From an uncultured Desulfurococcaceae archaeon (GTDB lineage: Archaea > Thermoproteota > Thermoprotei_A > Sulfolobales > NBVN01), in contig CAZAMI010000001.1 in the NCBI GenBank assembly GCA_964486465.1, positions 1-41,382 on the forward strand: a DNA stretch of 41,382 nucleotides. Reading direction: 5' to 3'. The translations under genes and the position numbers were made by a program. Shown here one piece after another: positions 35,928 through 41,382 of this stretch (the stretch's first letter is position 1; every line of letters starts with the position of its first letter). The notes beneath the pieces were generated by a model. The model saw only the letters and a list, made by a program, of their open reading frames with translations. It did no database searches and was not told the origin of the DNA.

Positions 35928-37769
35928 TTAGCCTTTAATTTCAGCTTCAATCTTCTTAAGTTTCATTAGTATTGATAACCCGAAACTCCTAGAGCTTCTC
36001 TGCTTTATCTTAATTATTTCCTTTAAACAGTCAATCATATCGGGGGTTAGTTGATCCTTAAATTTACTTATTACTTTCTCCATATCATCCTCTGATGGAT
36101 CAGTATATAGTATATCACCCTCATCGAAATGTCTTCCTACAAGTACATTACCTTTAATGGATATAGCGACTTCGGAGCCCTTCTTAGCTTCATGTAATTG
36201 CTTACCTTTACTCTGTATTTGTAGTATATTACCTAACCTCCTACCGTCATCCCTAATTAAGGGGTAGCCAGGCCTTATTACGCCGGTTAGAACTTCTACA
36301 CCTACAATAGCTGGATTGCTTCTCCTAAATATGAAGCCAGGCAGTACCCTTATCTTAGCTGGGAACACAGTTCTCAGCATTTCATAGTATGCCTCCTTCT
36401 CCTTCTCTTCTTTAACCCATTCCTCATAGTTTTCTATCAGCTTATAGATTATGTTATCATAAAATATCTTGACTCCCTCCTTTTTAGCGAGTTCTTCAGC
36501 ATCAGGAAGGGGTTTAACATTAAATAACAGTATAACTCCTAAGTATTTATTTGATTTAGCGACTATTGATGCTTCAATTACTTCGCGCTTAGTTAATGGA
36601 CCGACATCAGCTAATCTAACAGGGTAACCTTTCCTCTCAAGTGTTAATACTAGTGCTTCTAAAGTACCAAGAGTATCAGCTTTAACTACTAAGCCATCAA
36701 TATCCTTCTTAAACCTAAGTTGGGTAAGTTCTTCAGCTACCTTTCTAGCATATTCGTCAGGACTAAAACCTTCAGGTACTACATAAAGTGGGGCACCAGC
36801 AATTGCCTCATCAAGTCCTGGTGCAGAGATCCTTACTCCAGCCGCAGCTACTACTTCATCTACACTTCTAAACCCTGCTGTAGCAACTCTCATTTCCTCT
36901 AATGGTTTAGGCATGAGTAGTGATCTAACCTTGGTAATTATTGGTCCATTAATACCTCCAACAACTACTACGTCCCCCTTCTTAATTACACCATCATATA
37001 TGACCACGTCAATGCATGTACCTAAACCCTGAATCTCCTTAACTTCTAAAATAACACCTTTTGCAGGGCCTTCAGTAAACATTATTCTCTTAGTAAGGTA
37101 TTTCTGAACTAAACCTGCAAGTACGGCTAATAGTTCAGGTATTCCCTCACCTGTTTTCGCTGAAATAGGCACTATTGCTATAGCTTTAGTGAAGTCCCTG
37201 ATCCTATCAAATCTATCAGCAGGTATACCTAAATTACTTAGCTCACCTATTAGTGTATATAATCTACGTTCAAGTTCCTCTATGGCTCTCATATTCTGCT
37301 TCTTAATCGTGAATAGGAATGGCTCGTCGGGATTAGGTCTCCAACCATAGATTCTATCGATTTTATTGGCAGCAACTAAGAACGGTACTTTCCTATCTAG
37401 TAATATCTCTATGCTTTCAACAGTCTGCCTCTTCACACCCTCCATAATATCCACAACAAGAATCGCGAAATCAGCAACACTACCACCTCTCCTACGTAAA
37501 TTACTGAATATTTCATGACCAGGAGTATCTATAAACAAGAGACCTGGTATCTTCAATTTTATTGGGAAGAGGGCTTTAAGAGGCTCAGTTATTTTCTTTA
37601 TCACTGATAAGGGAACTAAGGAAGCTCCCACATGCTGGGTCATTTCACCAGGTTCCTTCTTAACTACTGCTGTACCCCTTATCTTGTCAAGTAATGTTGT
37701 TTTACCATGATCCACGTGCCCCAGCACCACGACTATGGGTGATCTCAGCCTCCCCTTACTCATATGCAA
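35928..37769 (-). CDS. infB: Translation initiation factor aIF5B (IF2-type GTPase)
   Basis: RSPIVVVLGHVDHGKTTLLD, FIDTPGH, ANKIDR. Length is 613 aa. Confidence 0.9.
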   Translation of the reverse strand: MHMSKGRLRSPIVVVLGHVDHGKTTLLDKIRGTAVVKKEPGEMTQHVGASLVPLSVIKKITEPLKALFPIKLKIPGLLFIDTPGHEIFSNLRRRGGSVADFAILVVDIMEGVKRQTVESIEILLDRKVPFLVAANKIDRIYGWRPNPDEPFLFTIKKQNMRAIEELERRLYTLIGELSNLGIPADRFDRIRDFTKAIAIVPISAKTGEGIPELLAVLAGLVQKYLTKRIMFTEGPAKGVILEVKEIQGLGTCIDVVIYDGVIKKGDVVVVGGINGPIITKVRSLLMPKPLEEMRVATAGFRSVDEVVAAAGVRISAPGLDEAIAGAPLYVVPEGFSPDEYARKVAEELTQLRFKKDIDGLVVKADTLGTLEALVLTLERKGYPVRLADVGPLTKREVIEASIVAKSNKYLGVILLFNVKPLPDAEELAKKEGVKIFYDNIIYKLIENYEEWVKEEKEKEAYYEMLRTVFPAKIRVLPGFIFRRSNPAIVGVEVLTGVIRPGYPLIRDDGRRLGNILQIQSKGKQLHEAKKGSEVAISIKGNVLVGRHFDEGDILYTDPSEDDMEKVISKFKDQLTPDMIDCLKEIIKIKQRSSRSFGLSILMKLKKIEAEIKG

Positions 37770-37938
37770 CCCCTACTACATCATACTAAGCCAATTAATT
37801 AATGTAAGTGACTAGCATCACTACGTTACCATAAGATTAATCCCTACATGAAGAAGGTGTCATATCAACTATGTCGATTGATTGATAAACGTAAGATAAT
37901 TAAGGGTTATACATTAAGCTTTTGTCGGGTATGTAATC

Positions 37939-39483
37939 TTGGTATTCAAGCAGCCATTTTACTCGTTATCTGGTGTTGTTGCTTCTGAACATCCTCTAGC
38001 TTCATTATTGGGATCACAAATACTTGAGAGGGGTAATGCTATTGATGCAGCTGTTGTAACTAGCTTAACATTGGCTATGACATTACCTCATCTTGGTGGT
38101 TTAGGCGGTGATTTCTTTGCCTTAATACTGGATCCTAACGGTGAGGTTCACTTCGTAGATGGTAGTGGTTACGCGCCATCAAGACTCACATTAGATTTAA
38201 TGAATACCTTAGGTTATAGATCCATGCCAGCACATGGGCCTCTATCGATTAATGTGCCAGGCATGATTGATGGTTTAAGAGTTATGTGGGAAAAATGGGG
38301 TGTAATAGAGTGGAAGGATCTAGTTAAGAGAGTAGTTGAGGTTATTAGTAAAGGCATTATAGTGACACATAGTTTTGCACAAAGTCTTAGAGCTCTATAT
38401 AACGAGCTATCCCTAGATCCAGGATCTAAAAATACATACTATAGTAATGGTTTACCAAAGGAAGGTGAAGTAATAGTATTTAAAGGATTAATCAGTGCTT
38501 TAGAGCTAGTAAGTGATGATCCTAGAAGTTTCTATGAAGGAGAAATAGCGGAGTGCATAGTTAATTACGTTAAAGATAGAGGAGGTGTAATGGAGCTTAA
38601 TGATCTAAAGCAATACAAAGCATATATAGGCAAAGGACTAAGTATTGAGTACAGAAATAAAATAGTGTATGAAATGCCCCCAAGTACGCAAGGTATAACG
38701 ACATTACATATGTTAAAGCTTCTAGAGGAGTATGATCTTAAATCACTAAGTCTTAATTCACCTAAGAGGATTGAGCTCTTGCTTAAGATGGCTAAGATAG
38801 CTTATAAGATCAGGGATTCGTATGTAACCGATCCTAGACATATGAACATTGACGTAAGATACTTACTAAGTGAAAAGTTTATAGAGAGAATAAAGCATGT
38901 AGTAAGAAGTAACGATTTAGATGAGCCAGAAATTAGTTTGAGCGGATGTGATACAACATTCTTTGCCATAGCTGATAGTGAAGGTTGGGTAGTAGCAGGT
39001 ATTCAGAGTCTTTTCTATCCGTTTGGTTCATATATTACTGAGCCAAGATTTAACATAACGTTGAATTCACGAGCATCATCATTTAGTCTCAATAAAAACC
39101 ATGTAAATAAACTTGAGCCGCTAAAGAAGACCCTACATACCTTATCTGCAGTAATAATAGATGATAATGGCAGAATACTATCTTTAGGGTTATCGGGAGG
39201 TCATTTCAGACCATTACTTCATGCACAATTAATTACCAACATAATAGATTACGGATTAAGCGTTCAGGAGGCGATAGAACATCCTAGGTTTATATGGCAT
39301 TTATGGTCTAAACATGTAGATTATGAGGAAGGGCTTAATGTAGAGGGTATTGAAGGTTATGTGTTTTCGAGGAAGCCTTATCCATCAAGAATGGGTGTCG
39401 CTGCAGCAGTTGAGATCAGAGGTAAAGTAAAAGCTGGTTATACGGATATACGTGGTGATGGAATGGCTATAGGAACTCCCTAA
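37939..39483 (+). CDS. ggt: Gamma-glutamyltransferase family protein
   Basis: GVVASEHPLASLLGSQILERGNAIDAAV, and GCDTTFFAIAD carrying the autoprocessing nucleophile Thr. TTG start; there is no in-frame ATG upstream. Confidence 0.8.
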   Translation: MVFKQPFYSLSGVVASEHPLASLLGSQILERGNAIDAAVVTSLTLAMTLPHLGGLGGDFFALILDPNGEVHFVDGSGYAPSRLTLDLMNTLGYRSMPAHGPLSINVPGMIDGLRVMWEKWGVIEWKDLVKRVVEVISKGIIVTHSFAQSLRALYNELSLDPGSKNTYYSNGLPKEGEVIVFKGLISALELVSDDPRSFYEGEIAECIVNYVKDRGGVMELNDLKQYKAYIGKGLSIEYRNKIVYEMPPSTQGITTLHMLKLLEEYDLKSLSLNSPKRIELLLKMAKIAYKIRDSYVTDPRHMNIDVRYLLSEKFIERIKHVVRSNDLDEPEISLSGCDTTFFAIADSEGWVVAGIQSLFYPFGSYITEPRFNITLNSRASSFSLNKNHVNKLEPLKKTLHTLSAVIIDDNGRILSLGLSGGHFRPLLHAQLITNIIDYGLSVQEAIEHPRFIWHLWSKHVDYEEGLNVEGIEGYVFSRKPYPSRMGVAAAVEIRGKVKAGYTDIRGDGMAIGTP

Positions 39484-40451
39484 AAGAAGTCTACTTGATA
39501 CCTAAGTACAGCTACAATTCCTCCGAATGTCTTCTTTATCCACGTATATTCAGGTACTCTGTCATCTATAACGTAAACATCAGCATTACTTCTCTTAGCC
39601 TTCTCTCTAAATTCTTCAATTCTTGGATGATCATGTGTTATTATTAAATACTTAATAGCCCCTATGTTTAGTGCTTTCTCTATTACCTTTTCACCATACA
39701 ATGCTAAACCATCATCCTTAGCTAGATGGTAATTGAACTCCTCAAAGGCCTTACGTAGTCTAATGTAGGCGTGATCCTTAATCATCTTTTCAGCTTTAAG
39801 TACTAACTCCCTAAGCCCAGGTTCGCCCTGATCACTCACATCGATAAGCGATGGTAGTATCAACTTTTGAAGTCTATAATCAAGTAGTTTAGAGTTAAAG
39901 AAATCAACCTTAGTGAATCCTGGACCACCAATAATTATACCTTTAAGCTTACCTTGCTCTAGTAGCGGTATGAAGTAATTGTTAGCTTTCTCAGCAACTC
40001 TCTTAAAGAACTCCTTGGTTAATTCCTCAATTATCCTCTCAAAACGCCTCTGAGACCATCCACCCTTACTATGTTTACCTGGTACATATCCCTCTATCTC
40101 ATCTAATACCTGCAATGCCGTACCCTTCAATAATCCTATAGTTGCTTCATCCCTCTCTATTATTATTAAACCGTAAACATCCTTCTCCTCAATCATTTCT
40201 TCAAGGAACTCTGTATGGAACCACTTGTCAGTCCTATAGAAGTATATCTTTATTGGTTCAGGTGGTGAGAATACTAGGGCTATGAACTCTCCAGTCTCGT
40301 CATTTTCACCAGCAAATATTACTAAACCATTCTCAGGTACCTTAGGTATTTTAAGTAATCTATCAATTGCTGCTGAAAGCGCTGCTTGAACTTTAGATCT
40401 TGTTCTCTTTAACTTAATATTCTCAGTTATTGCTAGCTCCTGTCTTAACAT
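39480..40451 (-). CDS. aRF1-like peptide chain release factor homologue with substituted GGQ/NIKS/YxCxxxF motifs. The homologous frame continues upstream to 40604 without an ATG, GTG or TTG.
   Basis: The in-frame upstream extension reads ...YLISKDELRRIIKELKKWKAHATTLLSLYIPPGRPIADVIN, followed by MLRQELAITENIKLKRTR. This is the typical aRF1 domain 1. The middle domain reads VPGKHSKGGWSQRRFERIIEE, and the C-domain is eRF1_3-like. Confidence 0.75.
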   Translation of the reverse strand: MLRQELAITENIKLKRTRSKVQAALSAAIDRLLKIPKVPENGLVIFAGENDETGEFIALVFSPPEPIKIYFYRTDKWFHTEFLEEMIEEKDVYGLIIIERDEATIGLLKGTALQVLDEIEGYVPGKHSKGGWSQRRFERIIEELTKEFFKRVAEKANNYFIPLLEQGKLKGIIIGGPGFTKVDFFNSKLLDYRLQKLILPSLIDVSDQGEPGLRELVLKAEKMIKDHAYIRLRKAFEEFNYHLAKDDGLALYGEKVIEKALNIGAIKYLIITHDHPRIEEFREKAKRSNADVYVIDDRVPEYTWIKKTFGGIVAVLRYQVDFF

Positions 40452-40626
40452 GTTAATAACATCGGCTATAGGCCTACCTGGTGGTATGTAGAGACTAAGT
40501 AGTGTTGTTGCGTGAGCTTTCCACTTCTTTAGCTCTTTAATTATCCTTCTAAGCTCGTCCTTAGATATTAAATACGCATTATCCCTGCTAAATACTATCC
40601 ACCCTCAACATTAAGATTTTACTAGG

Positions 40627-40633
40627 TTTTTAA
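40627..40633 (-). promoter_or_regulatory. TATA-like element (TTAAAAA on the minus strand) upstream of the aRF1-like frame
   Basis: It lies about 29-35 nt upstream of the ATA codon at 40598-40596 that opens the homologous frame. This would fit a leaderless transcript. Confidence 0.25.
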
Positions 40634-40705
40634 GTGTAATAGCACCTAATTAGTCTTACACTTTTAAAGCACTTCAACAATTTAGGACATCAATAGGGGT
40701 CTTAA

Positions 40706-40882
40706 GTGAAGAAAAGGGTAGTCGTATATGTAGGTTATGACGATGAAAGCGCTAAAATTCTTAGGAAGGTCATGAACTTTAGAAACTTATTTGATGATAT
40801 TACAATAGTTTATGTACCTGAGAGTAAGAAGGAAGTATTGAGCTTACTCTCAATACCCTCTGTAGTTATAGAGGAGGTTTAG
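40706..40882 (+). CDS. Small thioredoxin-fold-like hypothetical protein without CxxC (58 aa, below the track cutoff)
   Basis: Manual translation from GTG 40706 gives VKKRVVVYVGYDDESAKILRKVMNFRNLFDDITIVYVPESKKEVLSLLSIPSVVIEEV. The pattern is glutaredoxin-like (beta-alpha-beta ... IPSVVI) with YDDE where CxxC would sit. A TTTTAAAG element lies about 40 nt upstream. Confidence 0.3.
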   Translation: MKKRVVVYVGYDDESAKILRKVMNFRNLFDDITIVYVPESKKEVLSLLSIPSVVIEEV

Positions 40883-40913
40883 AGAACAGAGCATCATTCG
40901 TGAATTTTGCAGC

Positions 40914-41306
40914 TCAAGTAGTACCAAGTCTTAGTCCGAGTTTTCTATAAGGGCATTCATTCCAATGTTGAGAACACAAATTAACTTCATACCTTGTTAA
41001 ATATCTATTAAGTACTTTACAAGCAGCAACATATACATTTTCCTCATATTTTTCCACGATGAAGAACTCGCATAAGCACTTAGGTGGTTTATTTAGAGAA
41101 TGTATTAGCAATATGGGCTTACCGTACTTACCACTAAACTCTTTAGGTTCCCTACCTGTTGGCTCAACATAGTACCTACACTTACCATAAACCTCTTTAT
41201 TACTGGAGCATATGGAAGGTATGACTGGATCTCTAGATGGTTCATTAAGTAATGGTGATGTACATATACCTTCCTTATACCAAGGACAGGGCAATAATTT
41301 CCCCAA
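40914..41306 (-). CDS. Cysteine-rich hypothetical protein (11 Cys in 130 aa)
   Basis: PCPWYKEGIC...CSSNKEVYGKC...CLCEFF...AACK...LCSQHWNECPYRK. TTG start. A TTATAAG element lies about 25-30 nt upstream on the minus strand. Confidence 0.5.
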   Translation of the reverse strand: MGKLLPCPWYKEGICTSPLLNEPSRDPVIPSICSSNKEVYGKCRYYVEPTGREPKEFSGKYGKPILLIHSLNKPPKCLCEFFIVEKYEENVYVAACKVLNRYLTRYEVNLCSQHWNECPYRKLGLRLGTT

Positions 41307-41382
41307 TAATTACCTACGTCCTGGGTAAACTTATAAGCTATTAATACAGTAACCCCCTGGGGGATTTAAGAGTGGGTAGAGA

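Noticed and set aside
5599-36902. Many 60-135-aa ORFs antisense to confident genes. Examples: 5599-6006, 6031-6255, 6805-7008, 7804-8025, 10852-11034, 12092-12418, 12817-13035, 13407-13604, 13797-14069, 14449-14778, 15650-15883, 16892-17266, 19931-20197, 20590-20823, 23944-24138, 26480-26671, 27222-27449, 29455-29664, 29839-30120, 30192-30500, 30630-30890, 33652-33954, 35497-35715, 36720-36902.
   Set aside because: Each is fully embedded in a gene with strong family motifs on the other strand. Their sequences are low-complexity Ser/Leu/Thr/Pro-rich. They are most simply explained as stop-poor antisense frames.
37848-37997. 49-aa ATG-initiated ORF overlapping the ggt start out of frame
   Set aside because: It is Cys/Leu-rich and very short. 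It overlaps a confident gene, with no supporting motif or RBS.
41356-41366. CCCCCTGGGGG palindrome near the window end
   Set aside because: It cannot form a hairpin because the loop would be a single nucleotide. It is a single occurrence at the window edge. I mention it only as context for the Cys-rich gene promoter, and the evidence for a regulatory site is insufficient.
1-41382. Search for CRISPR arrays, tRNA/rRNA genes, IS elements, integrases or att-like long direct repeats
   Set aside because: Reading through all the intergenic spacers, I saw no regularly spaced repeats, no GC-rich cloverleaf-sized segments and no transposase or integrase-like ORFs. Short MITE-like repeats cannot be excluded without computation.

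Overview
This AT-rich window (GC not computed) looks like the chromosome of a crenarchaeal or TACK-type thermophile. That call rests on gene content. The window holds the archaeal S13-S4-S11-RpoD-L18e-L13-S9-RpoN-S2 operon, the L7Ae/S28e/L24e/NDK/aIF5B cluster, and an isopentenyl-phosphate kinase / type-2 IDI / GGPP synthase cluster. It also holds GluRS, an aRF1-like gene, Sua5 and a four-component 2-oxoacid:ferredoxin oxidoreductase. Genes are tightly packed, with many 1-20 nt start/stop overlaps and many TTG/GTG starts.

I found no rRNA, tRNA, CRISPR array, IS element or integrase.

Most of the window is housekeeping. The least ordinary parts are:
1. An aRF1-like gene (39480-40604) in which GGQ, NIKS and YxCxxxF are all substituted (GGW, NIKL, YxTxxxF). 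Its N-domain has no canonical start codon.
2. Two degenerate 'pseudo-enzyme' ORFs sitting where many archaea have MEMO-like and mevalonate kinase genes, between rps2 and IPK.
3. A wHTH / bactofilin-like beta-helix repeat protein / membrane protein module, next to a tandem KaiC-like ATPase split by one frame shift at an A6 run.
4. A fused alpha-beta oxidoreductase subunit.
5. A decayed left-hand region (1-2850). It has a transglutaminase-like gene, tiny membrane ORFs, about 1 kb of low coding density, a degraded Opp/Nik-type ABC ATPase remnant, and an apparently intact NikR with an N16-spaced dyad upstream.

All functional calls come from motif recognition by eye. No database search was run.
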